From IMG/VR virus record IMGVR_UViG_3300042868_011386, positions 1-64,000 of that record: a stretch of DNA of 64,000 bases; one strand, written 5' to 3'. Shown in pieces: positions 35,239 through 44,581 of this stretch (the first letter of the stretch is position 1; each line of letters opens with the position of its first letter). The notes beneath the pieces are model-generated. The model ran no database searches and was not told where the DNA came from. It saw only the letters and a program-made list of their open reading frames with translations. A program made the translations under genes and the position numbers. The DNA is from a virus.

Positions 35239-37176
35239 ATGTCAGCCAAACCAATAAACCCGGCGCATTCAAAAAATACTCCTAAGATTGGCTATAGCGA
35301 TCAGCCAAACGTTAAATTGCCTGGCGCATTTGAAGTTGAAAAATTTGATATAATAGATTCGCAAGGAGTTAGAAAAGATATAAGAAGTTTAGTTGAATCA
35401 TTTACAATTACTAGTGAATTGTTTTCTCCAGTGCTAACTCTCTCAGCGTCTCTACGTGATACAGAAAAATTATTTGAACCAGTTGATGGTAAACAACTAC
35501 AAATATATGGTCAAGAAAATATTGAAATAAAGATTAAACCTGGAATTGGAGATGCGATAGAGCACACATTTTCAGTAAAGGAATATCCAACTCTTGTTCG
35601 TACACTAGACTTTCCACACACTCAAATTTATACACTTTTAGCAATTTCAGAGTTTGCTTATCGCAGCAGTCTTATGAATATATGTAGAGTGCTTGATGAT
35701 GGAAAATCATTAGATAAAAATATTGAAACTATTTTTAAAGATGACTTGGGGCTAACAGAATTTAATGTGGAAGGAGACATAGAAACTAAATTTAAAGGAA
35801 TTATAAACATTCAGCGGCCACTCCAAGCCGCCGAGTGGTTACGTTCACGTTGCTTTACCGAAAACGGCTCTCCATTTTTCTTATACAGCAATACTACTCG
35901 CCCTGGAGTAATCTTTCTATCTTCATGGTCGAATCTTTCCGGAAAGACTTCTCCAATTGTCGCAAAATATGTGTTTAAACCATTTATCAAAGAAGAACCT
36001 GGAACGGCAGAGCATACTACAGCCGAAAGAAATCGTCTGTTGAGTATGACGTCTTCAATCAAACTTGATCGTTTAAAAGCATCAAATGCTGGTGCCTATG
36101 CAAGTCGCTATAATGTTATAGATTTTTCTTCAAAGGCATTTTATGTTTTAGACTTTAATGGTAAAGAGACGTCAGATTGGAAACCACGTAAGTATAATAT
36201 CAAGGATAGAAGTGGAAATTCTCAATCTGCCACAATGCATACAATTGCAAGTTCTAATGTTGTCAGTGTGCATGTAAATAGAGGCATTTCTGAAACTGGT
36301 GATGGCAACAGCGGCGGGGTTGCGTATAATTCTATTACTGCATGCGAACGATATTTGCCCCCATCCAGAGCACTATATGCTCGATTAAATGAGGTTAATC
36401 ATGACATTGTAGTTTACGGAGACACCGCAATGCAACCCGGCGTAAAAATAAATTTAAAAGTGCCAAAGCCAAAATTAGAAAATGATAGAGCAGAAGAGGA
36501 AATTGATGAACTTGCATCTGGAGACTATGTTATTCTTGTGGCTTCATCTATTTTTTCTAACGGCATACATACAAATAAGTTAAAAGTTGCCAAACTTGTT
36601 CCTAGTGTAGAAGGAAATATATTAGATTCAGTCGGCCCATCAAATGTTAATCAAACTGGACAAGTTGCTAATAATGCAAACATAAATCCAAATGGTACTG
36701 GAAAAACTGCACCAACTACTGAGAGTCAAAAAGCATACTATACAAAAATGTATAACGCATTATACAAAGAGGCTGTTGCTAAGGGACTGCCAAATCCAGA
36801 CGTTGTTGCACGACTTGGGGCTGCTCAAACCTGTTTAGAGACTGGATATGGCACTCGAATGGTTGGAAATAATGCATTTGGAATAAAGGCACATACCGGC
36901 AGCGGTAATGCTGGTGCAGTCACTGCATCAACAAAAGAAGTTATAAATGGAAAAACAATTACAATAAATGATAGCTTTAGGGCATACAACAGTGTTGAAG
37001 ACAGCGCAGTGGGATATATTGATTTCTTAACTAAAAATAAACGATATTCAACAGTGTTAGCTTCAACAAATATAGATGACGCAGTAACTGCAATAGGGCA
37101 ATCTGGATATGCAACTTCCCCAGTGTATGCGCGCGATGTTGGTTCAATTGCTAGAAAATTCCAATATGAAAATTGA
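35239..37176 (+). CDS. Baseplate hub protein (gp27-like) fused to a C-terminal GH73 glucosaminidase
   Basis: Position between gp53 and gp5; C-terminal AQ..LETGYG, NNAFGIK, T.E, FRAY and GYATSP.Y motifs. Confidence 0.75.
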   Translation: MSAKPINPAHSKNTPKIGYSDQPNVKLPGAFEVEKFDIIDSQGVRKDIRSLVESFTITSELFSPVLTLSASLRDTEKLFEPVDGKQLQIYGQENIEIKIKPGIGDAIEHTFSVKEYPTLVRTLDFPHTQIYTLLAISEFAYRSSLMNICRVLDDGKSLDKNIETIFKDDLGLTEFNVEGDIETKFKGIINIQRPLQAAEWLRSRCFTENGSPFFLYSNTTRPGVIFLSSWSNLSGKTSPIVAKYVFKPFIKEEPGTAEHTTAERNRLLSMTSSIKLDRLKASNAGAYASRYNVIDFSSKAFYVLDFNGKETSDWKPRKYNIKDRSGNSQSATMHTIASSNVVSVHVNRGISETGDGNSGGVAYNSITACERYLPPSRALYARLNEVNHDIVVYGDTAMQPGVKINLKVPKPKLENDRAEEEIDELASGDYVILVASSIFSNGIHTNKLKVAKLVPSVEGNILDSVGPSNVNQTGQVANNANINPNGTGKTAPTTESQKAYYTKMYNALYKEAVAKGLPNPDVVARLGAAQTCLETGYGTRMVGNNAFGIKAHTGSGNAGAVTASTKEVINGKTITINDSFRAYNSVEDSAVGYIDFLTKNKRYSTVLASTNIDDAVTAIGQSGYATSPVYARDVGSIARKFQYEN

Positions 37177-37681
37177 TCATTGGTTTACAGCTATTGTGGA
37201 GAATATTGCAGACCCGCTAAATGCAGGTCGGGTGCAGGTGCGTTGCTATGAATATCATGAACTTAATGATGTGAATAGTATACCGAGCGAAAAATTGCCA
37301 TGGGCGACTCCACTCTTACCAATTACTAGTGCGAGCAACTCGGCAGTAGGTGCAAGTGCAACAGGGCTAATGGTTGGTAGTTGGGTTTTTGGTTTTTTTA
37401 GAGACGAGGATTTGCAAGACCCCGTTATAATTGCAACAATACCTGGAACAACAAATTTAAGTGGTGGTGGCGCTGACATACCACAGGATGCAATATCATC
37501 TTCGGTAGGAAGCTCATTTGTAAGTGGAACAAACACTTCGCAATATGTAGATGGCTCCCCAGTAGCAAATTCAGCAAATACTTCTGCGCTTGATGGCGCG
37601 CCTGCGCCATGGGCCGATAGCAAAGTTGCTACTGGCGCTGTAGATTCATTTGTTAATGATGTACTTAAGTCTTCAGAATAA
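37166..37681 (+). CDS. gp5 N-terminal OB-fold part
   Basis: WF..IVE...DPL..GRVQVR, LPWA and GSWVFGFFRD motifs. Confidence 0.85.
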   Translation: MKIDHWFTAIVENIADPLNAGRVQVRCYEYHELNDVNSIPSEKLPWATPLLPITSASNSAVGASATGLMVGSWVFGFFRDEDLQDPVIIATIPGTTNLSGGGADIPQDAISSSVGSSFVSGTNTSQYVDGSPVANSANTSALDGAPAPWADSKVATGAVDSFVNDVLKSSE

Positions 37682-37689
37682 TTAAAATT

Positions 37690-38574
37690 ATGTCTAATGT
37701 TTCAAATCAATGGTGTGCTGAAAAATTAACTGGATTTTTAAAATCATCGGTTAAACCAGAAAGTGCAGATCTTCCTACTGACACAAGTAGTTTAACTAAT
37801 TGGTTAAATTGGCCTCTAGGCAAAGGAGCCAAATATATGACACAAATATCAAGTCCTAAAAATTTGTATAAAGGTGATATTATTATTAGAAGCGGTGCTG
37901 AAGACTATATTGCAGTTGTGTATGATGGCGGTCCAGTGTCAGGAACTTACAAAATTGCAGAATTTGACTATATTTCTAAAAAGATTGTTAAAAAAAGTAC
38001 TACTGGTCCAGTGGCATACATATTACGTATACGAGGCGCATATGGGGATCCAGGAATTACGAGTACTGCTGCTGATGGCAAAAAAGTTAGCAGACGATCA
38101 AGTTTTCTTGTAAGATCTGGTTCTGTAGCAGTTGACAATAGACTTATTGATATAATAGAAAGCGCTGGTATGGCTATGCCAGACGGTTATACTACTCAGT
38201 TAACTTCAGGTGTGAGACCAGGAGACTCTAGATTTCATGGTCGCGGAAAAGCAATTGATATACAACTATATCTAAATGGCAGATCATTGGGACGATATCA
38301 GGTTGCATCAGACTTTAGACATTATGAAATATTTGCGCAAAAAGCACGACAAATTCAAACTGCTAAATATCCAGAATTAAACGTTGCATTTAGGTTTGGT
38401 GGTTATTTTTCAGGAACCAGAGCAAACTATGGAGCATTAGACTCTATGCATTTTGATATTGGTGGTTCCGCTGGTCTAGGTACTGGTGGTGGGTCTTGGG
38501 CAAATGGTTTAACTTCTACTATGAGAAATTATTGGGCAGGCGTTACTAGCGTAGGCATGGGCGGAGCAGCATAA
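37690..38574 (+). CDS. Virion peptidoglycan hydrolase (degenerate CHAP-like N-terminus plus M15-like Zn peptidase)
   Basis: WCA..W.NW..GDI; TSGVR..SRFHGRGKAIDI..MHFD. Confidence 0.6.
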   Translation: MSNVSNQWCAEKLTGFLKSSVKPESADLPTDTSSLTNWLNWPLGKGAKYMTQISSPKNLYKGDIIIRSGAEDYIAVVYDGGPVSGTYKIAEFDYISKKIVKKSTTGPVAYILRIRGAYGDPGITSTAADGKKVSRRSSFLVRSGSVAVDNRLIDIIESAGMAMPDGYTTQLTSGVRPGDSRFHGRGKAIDIQLYLNGRSLGRYQVASDFRHYEIFAQKARQIQTAKYPELNVAFRFGGYFSGTRANYGALDSMHFDIGGSAGLGTGGGSWANGLTSTMRNYWAGVTSVGMGGAA

Positions 38575-38599
38575 GGCTTATATATAGAATAGATAAATT

Positions 38600-39454
38600 A
38601 TGTCAAATAGTAGTTTTAGCGCACCATACCCAACTTCTCAATCAGTATATCCATATAATAATGTGACGCAGTCACGTTCTGGACATGTCTTTGAAGTAGA
38701 CGACACTCTTGGACATGAACGCATAAAGGAAAAACATAAGTCTGGATCATATCGTGAAATACACGCAGATGGTTCAAGTACTGTAGTTATAGTTTCAAAG
38801 CATCATACAACTATTCACAGAGATGGAGAAGTTACTATTATTGGTAATGCTAAAGTTGATATAGGTGCCGCTGGATCAGTATCAAATGTAACAATCACCG
38901 TAAATGGTAATGTTAAAATGGAGGTAAAAGGCAATTATGAACAAACTGTTGAAGGCGAATATAAATTAAAATGTGGATCATATAAAAACGAAGTACTTGG
39001 TGATAAGGCCGAAAACGTTGTTGGCAAAAAAGATAGCATAATTGGTAATGGTGTAAACAACACTGTTCGAGCAGGTGGTATAAAAAGCATGGTTGTAGGT
39101 AGCTGTGAAAAAACCGTTCTTGGAGGATATACTGGAATATATACTGGTACGGCTGATACTACTGCACTCCTTGGAGTAAGTATGTCATCTCCAGCGGGAC
39201 CAGCCACAGTTGGAGGACTCTCGGCAGCTGTTGATAGCGCAACTACATTAAATATGACATCACTTGGATTGACAAATATGACTTCATCATTTACAAATAT
39301 AACTACTCCATTAGTTAGTGTGCTTGGAGGAGGAGTTGTGGCAGCTGGTGATCTTCGGGCTGGAGCTGGAACTACTGGGTTGTTAACTCACCTTCACCTT
39401 GGTGACGGATCCAAAGGGATTCCAACTCCTACTGTGCCTGGCGCCCTCGGATAA
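38600..39454 (+). CDS. gp5 C-terminal beta-helix / spike part
   Basis: YPYNNV..SRSGH.FE.DDT.GHERI..H.SG, V.G repeats and a C-terminal THLH. Confidence 0.85.
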   Translation: MSNSSFSAPYPTSQSVYPYNNVTQSRSGHVFEVDDTLGHERIKEKHKSGSYREIHADGSSTVVIVSKHHTTIHRDGEVTIIGNAKVDIGAAGSVSNVTITVNGNVKMEVKGNYEQTVEGEYKLKCGSYKNEVLGDKAENVVGKKDSIIGNGVNNTVRAGGIKSMVVGSCEKTVLGGYTGIYTGTADTTALLGVSMSSPAGPATVGGLSAAVDSATTLNMTSLGLTNMTSSFTNITTPLVSVLGGGVVAAGDLRAGAGTTGLLTHLHLGDGSKGIPTPTVPGALG

Positions 39455-39475
39455 AAATGATACTAAACTAAAAAT

Positions 39476-42238
39476 ATGCCACTTACAATTTCAAATATTG
39501 CCGATCAAAACCTACTTGGCGTGGCAGAGTCTACTGGCCCACTTAGTTTCACAATTGCATATCCAGAAAATCCATCAGCGACATTTACAGTTAGCGCTAA
39601 CAGCAGTAATACCGGACTCGTCCCTATTGTAAATATTGTGTTTGGAGGAAGCGGAGCAAACCGTACAGTTACGGTGACACCTGTAAGCAGCAGAAAGGGT
39701 ACGGCAACAATCACAATCACTGCAACAGTAAGCGGCACCTCAGTTACTGCAGCAGAAACATTTTTATTTACAGCAAATCGCCCGTCGGTATATACCGATA
39801 CATATATGGATTGGACAGCTATAACTGGCCAAGTTGACACCTATTTGTATATAAATTTTAAGCCTGAAGTATTTAATAGCGAAACATTAACCTATCAAAA
39901 CTTTAAAGCACAACATCGCCCAATAGAATTAATCTATAACGGACAAACACGTTTTCAGGATCTAATAGAAAGCTTTACAATTGTTACTCAAGTTGGGGCA
40001 AATGGAATTAATAGAGCTCCATTTAATGTTGAAACTCCGGCTAATCCATATAATTATGGCACGACTGGACCAACAATGTTAAAAAGACGTCCATGGAGAG
40101 TTGAAATAATACCAGTAACAGACCCCGGTCTTACAGTTGATATACAATACGAGAGTAGAATGGCCGGCATTTCCAATGTTCCAAAGCGGGTTGGTCGCTA
40201 TGATATTACAATAAATGTCACATATGTTCGAAATTTACCAATAGTTTCATATCCTGATATTCAAAATGGGATATATCCAACACACTTACATAATGGCACA
40301 TATCGTGGTTTTTGGAGTAGTTATCAAGACAAACCAAGTACATTTCCAGTACAGGGTAATATATTTAATGAAATATCTTTTGATAACCCAATTTTTAATA
40401 ACAATGAAGATGCGCTAACTGAATTTCAGCTTGATAGGCTCAAGACAGAAACATTTTTGTATGATTTTAACACTCGAAGAGCTCCATACAAAGGCTATGG
40501 TGACCCATCTAAATATTTAGTAATACATCCACGCCCAATTGGAGCTACTTTTACTAAAACTGAATATGTGTATTATGGAAATACTCATGTTCCCGAATTT
40601 ATTACTGATCCGCAGATACTAGATGTTGACGACCCAAACTATCCAGGTAATATACCAGTTAGATTGACATATGCAAAGGCAAATGAGACGTCTCCAGATC
40701 TTTTTTCTGCATTGACTCCTCCAATTGAAGTTGGCACATACACTGTTACAGTAGAAGCAGTAGATTTAAACTATACTGGTTCAGTAACTCAAGAAATTAA
40801 AGTAGTTCCAGTTTCTCCCACTGCTGCACAAGCAGCTGCAGCTGAATATCAGGAAAAAGTGGATCTTTTTGAAGCAGAAGTAGTTTCTAACCCTAAAAAT
40901 AGTAGTTTAAGCAGTTCATCATATGTGTCATATTCTGAAAATGTATCAACATCAGACTTTATAAAAAGCGGTGTACTTTCATTTTTAGAGAAAAGTGATA
41001 TTCCAGCGCTTGGCACAGTAAAAACCCTTACTGAATGTGCACAAAATTTACCACAAAAATTAATGATTTTTGTTGCTGCAAAAATAGCAGCACTTATACT
41101 TAGTTATATTCCAGGAGTTGGCATTTTAAACCTGCTAACTTCAGTAATGGATCTTATCAAAAAGGTTCAACAGATACTGGCACTCATTGAGTTTGCCAAA
41201 GACAACCCATGGGCATTTGCAAATATGGTTCTTGAGGCTACAGGCGCCTATACTGCATTGGGAAATTTTGCAAATGAACAAATTGACGCTCTTAAATCAC
41301 AGTTTCCAGGCATTACTGAAGGAGTTGGTGATGTCGCTGGATTTGTAAAAGACGTCGCGAATGGACTTGTTGATATTTGTAATGCAGTTGATATTAATGG
41401 CAATCCACTTGCTAAGTATATAAAGGCTGACAATACAAAAACACCAGAGGCAATTGTATCATTTATTCCAGCTACTTCGCGCCAACCTATTGAGGCAAAA
41501 GGTAAGTATGACCTCTTTCAATTTAGGTTAAGAGACGCATTAAATAAAGACACAGATAAAATTAATACTTTAACTACTGAAGGAAACACTGCTGGTTTAC
41601 AGGAATATGTTTCAATGCTTACGGCAGTGCATGAACTTGCCTATAACTATCATGACCGCATCTCCGCGACTGGTGCTGGATCTGGCTTGTTGAGTGGAAG
41701 CAGTACAACATCTGATGGTTTGGATTCAGTCTATAATATACTCAGCGAGGCGACTGGCATACTCTCTAGTGTATATCCACAAAATTCTGGCACAACAAAC
41801 ATTACGTCAACAGATGCAAGTGGGAGTAAAAAGAAAAGTGGTCTTTCAGTAGATTCATTGAATTCTGGTCTTGGAGCAGCTGCAAATGTAGTTAAAGGCA
41901 TTAGTAGTGGAGTAGGATCAGTTGGAAGTTTCTTATCTGGAGAAACTGGGTTTTCTTTAACCGGTCTTAAAAATGAGTTTAATTATTTTGCAAAAGAAAC
42001 TTTATTGAAAAACCCAGCATGGTCATCAGAAACAGTTAACGAATACAACAAGCGCGTAAATAAAATAAAATACGAAATGGAAAATAACTCTGAAGCAATA
42101 CGTAATAACCCTGCAAATGCGGGGGTGTCTGCTGCCTCAAGTATAAACTCTGCCTCCTCATCTTCTGGCTCTTCCTTTTTAAATAGTATAAGTTCGTTTG
42201 CCAGTTCTCCACTTGCTGGTTCATTTTTAAACAAATAA
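39476..42238 (+). CDS. Large virion-associated protein with cadherin/Ig-like and MBG-like domains
   Basis: SSNTGLVP..NIVFGGSGANRTVTVTP..GTATITIT; PP.EVGTYTVTV...D.NYTGS. Confidence 0.6.
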   Translation: MPLTISNIADQNLLGVAESTGPLSFTIAYPENPSATFTVSANSSNTGLVPIVNIVFGGSGANRTVTVTPVSSRKGTATITITATVSGTSVTAAETFLFTANRPSVYTDTYMDWTAITGQVDTYLYINFKPEVFNSETLTYQNFKAQHRPIELIYNGQTRFQDLIESFTIVTQVGANGINRAPFNVETPANPYNYGTTGPTMLKRRPWRVEIIPVTDPGLTVDIQYESRMAGISNVPKRVGRYDITINVTYVRNLPIVSYPDIQNGIYPTHLHNGTYRGFWSSYQDKPSTFPVQGNIFNEISFDNPIFNNNEDALTEFQLDRLKTETFLYDFNTRRAPYKGYGDPSKYLVIHPRPIGATFTKTEYVYYGNTHVPEFITDPQILDVDDPNYPGNIPVRLTYAKANETSPDLFSALTPPIEVGTYTVTVEAVDLNYTGSVTQEIKVVPVSPTAAQAAAAEYQEKVDLFEAEVVSNPKNSSLSSSSYVSYSENVSTSDFIKSGVLSFLEKSDIPALGTVKTLTECAQNLPQKLMIFVAAKIAALILSYIPGVGILNLLTSVMDLIKKVQQILALIEFAKDNPWAFANMVLEATGAYTALGNFANEQIDALKSQFPGITEGVGDVAGFVKDVANGLVDICNAVDINGNPLAKYIKADNTKTPEAIVSFIPATSRQPIEAKGKYDLFQFRLRDALNKDTDKINTLTTEGNTAGLQEYVSMLTAVHELAYNYHDRISATGAGSGLLSGSSTTSDGLDSVYNILSEATGILSSVYPQNSGTTNITSTDASGSKKKSGLSVDSLNSGLGAAANVVKGISSGVGSVGSFLSGETGFSLTGLKNEFNYFAKETLLKNPAWSSETVNEYNKRVNKIKYEMENNSEAIRNNPANAGVSAASSINSASSSSGSSFLNSISSFASSPLAGSFLNK

Positions 42239-42267
42239 CTCGTCGACTATATTTGTATAAATAGAAT

Positions 42268-42699
42268 ATGAGCCGCAACCTGTCTGACTATAATGATTCT
42301 AGAACGACAGTGGTGTCTAGAAAAAATTTATATTCGGATATTGATAATGCCTTTGCGATACACCCGATCTATAATGACATCTTACCAATTACTGACATTG
42401 ACTCAATAAAGCAAAGTTTAAAAAACTTACTATTGACAAACCGCTATGATCGTTGTTTTCAACCTGATGTTTATTCGGACGTAACTGCACTATTATTTGA
42501 ACAGGTCGATATTTTTTCTGAAATTGAATTAAAGGAAAAAATAGAAAACATAATTGATCAGTATGAACCACGAATAAGCGACTATGAAGTCATAGTTTCA
42601 GATGATTCTGAAAAAAATGCCTATCGAGTTTCTATTAAGTTTGAAACTTCATATGATTCATCTTCTGAAATAGTAATATATTTAACTCGTATACGATAA
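42268..42699 (+). CDS. gp25: Baseplate wedge protein gp25
   Basis: YSDID, IKQSLKNLLLTN and YEPRI motifs; TATAAATA at 42256-42263. Confidence 0.9.
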   Translation: MSRNLSDYNDSRTTVVSRKNLYSDIDNAFAIHPIYNDILPITDIDSIKQSLKNLLLTNRYDRCFQPDVYSDVTALLFEQVDIFSEIELKEKIENIIDQYEPRISDYEVIVSDDSEKNAYRVSIKFETSYDSSSEIVIYLTRIR

Positions 42700-44579
42700 T
42701 GGAAATTCCTACACAATCAGTAGCAGTCACAGAATTAGATTTTGATGCGATAAAAGCATCTTTGATAGATTATTTTAAAACACAAGAGAGTCCATTTAAA
42801 GACTGGGACTATACTGGTTCTGGTTTAAATTTATTGATAGATGTACTTTCCCATAATACTCATTATAATGCGTTACTCGCGCATATGGCCGTAAATGAAA
42901 GTTTTATAGATTCGGCCCAACTTCGTCAAAACGTTGTATCTGCTGCAAAACTAATTGGATACACTCCACGTAGCGCAGTTGCTGCAAAAGCAACAATTGC
43001 CTGCAGTTTGCCTCCTCGTATTGACTCAATAAATGAATATGTAATACCAGCGGGTTCACTATTTTCTTCAAACATAACTGATCGTACTAAAAACAGAGGT
43101 TATAGATTTACTAATTTAAATGATATTATTTGCAGCAAAAATTCAAATGGTTTATTGGCTGCAAATAACGTTGAAATATATCAAGGCGAAATTGTAACAA
43201 AGCGAATTCAAATAAATTCTGCTCAAAGTAATAATGAGTATATTATAGACGATAAAAATATAGATTTAAATACTTTAAAAGTAGCTGTATTTCAAAATGG
43301 ACGGTCAGAAATAAATGAAGTATATTCTAGATTTTCTGACATAAATGCAGTTGATAGGTCAACTCCAATTTATTTTATATATGAAAATTATAATGGAAAC
43401 TATGTAATATCATTTGGTAATGGAGTATTTGGTAAAAGGCCAGATAATCTTAACATTTTAGAACTTAGTTATTTGGTTACTGATGGTGTTGGCTCAAACG
43501 GATCAAATATATTTTCATATTCAAGTTCATTTGACTCTACTAAAATTACTAAGGTTGATATATTTACTATAAATCGTGCACTTGGTGGCGCTGATCAAGA
43601 ATCAACAAGTAGTATAAAATATAACGCCCCGTTACAATATATTTCTCAAAATCGCGCTGTAACTGCAGATGATTATAAAACGTTAATACACGGAAAATTT
43701 CCAAACGTAAAATCCATATCTGTGTGGGGTGGGGAAGAAAATGAACCTCCTCAGTATGGTAAAGTTTTTGTATCAATTAGAAAAAATAAAGACCTCAATT
43801 ATACGTCTGACTTTTTAACCTATGAAGAAAAACAAGAAGTGCTATCATACTTAAGTGACAAAAAAGTACTTTCAATATTTCCTGAAATAGTTGATCCAGA
43901 ATATGTAAATATTGTTCTTGACGTGCTCTTTAAATATAACCGTAACCTTACTACATATACAAAGATACAACTTGAAAATAAAGTTAAAGAAACAATAAGC
44001 GAGTTTAATACACAATATTTAGATTCATTTGATGGTGTGTTTCGTCATTCATTTTTAACAAAAACTATTGACAACTCAAATCCTTCAATATTAAACTCTC
44101 ATGTGAGAATTTATATTTCTAAAAGTGCTGAACTGCTTGCTGATTCTCCAGAAAAAATAACTTTAAAATATGGTGTTCCGCTTACAGTTGACAATGACGT
44201 TACAATTATAAATTCAACTGGATGGGACTATAATGGCATAACATACTATATTGGCGACACAAAGGATGACACATCAAGTGATGTGCGCTCACTATTCATA
44301 TATTATTATGACTCAAATAATATACCAATTGTAAAAGAAAGAAATGTTGGTAAAATAACATTAAGCACCGGAATATTAGAATTAAGTCCTCTATTTACAG
44401 ATGAAAATGTCACACTAACATTAGATCTTATACCACTTTCAAATGATCTTGCTCCAAAACGCAATCAACTTATACAAATTGACTCTTCAAGATTAAACGT
44501 CTATGGTGAAGTTGATGCAATTGCGGTTGGTGGATCAAATCGTTCAGTAGAATACACAACATTTAGTAGAGACCGTTAA
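42699..44579 (+). CDS. gp6: Baseplate wedge protein gp6
   Basis: ELDFD.IK, NESFIDSA, FGNGVFG, QNRAVTADDY and VWGGEEN.PPQYGKVF motifs. Confidence 0.93.
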   Translation: MEIPTQSVAVTELDFDAIKASLIDYFKTQESPFKDWDYTGSGLNLLIDVLSHNTHYNALLAHMAVNESFIDSAQLRQNVVSAAKLIGYTPRSAVAAKATIACSLPPRIDSINEYVIPAGSLFSSNITDRTKNRGYRFTNLNDIICSKNSNGLLAANNVEIYQGEIVTKRIQINSAQSNNEYIIDDKNIDLNTLKVAVFQNGRSEINEVYSRFSDINAVDRSTPIYFIYENYNGNYVISFGNGVFGKRPDNLNILELSYLVTDGVGSNGSNIFSYSSSFDSTKITKVDIFTINRALGGADQESTSSIKYNAPLQYISQNRAVTADDYKTLIHGKFPNVKSISVWGGEENEPPQYGKVFVSIRKNKDLNYTSDFLTYEEKQEVLSYLSDKKVLSIFPEIVDPEYVNIVLDVLFKYNRNLTTYTKIQLENKVKETISEFNTQYLDSFDGVFRHSFLTKTIDNSNPSILNSHVRIYISKSAELLADSPEKITLKYGVPLTVDNDVTIINSTGWDYNGITYYIGDTKDDTSSDVRSLFIYYYDSNNIPIVKERNVGKITLSTGILELSPLFTDENVTLTLDLIPLSNDLAPKRNQLIQIDSSRLNVYGEVDAIAVGGSNRSVEYTTFSRDR

Positions 44580-44581
44580 GC

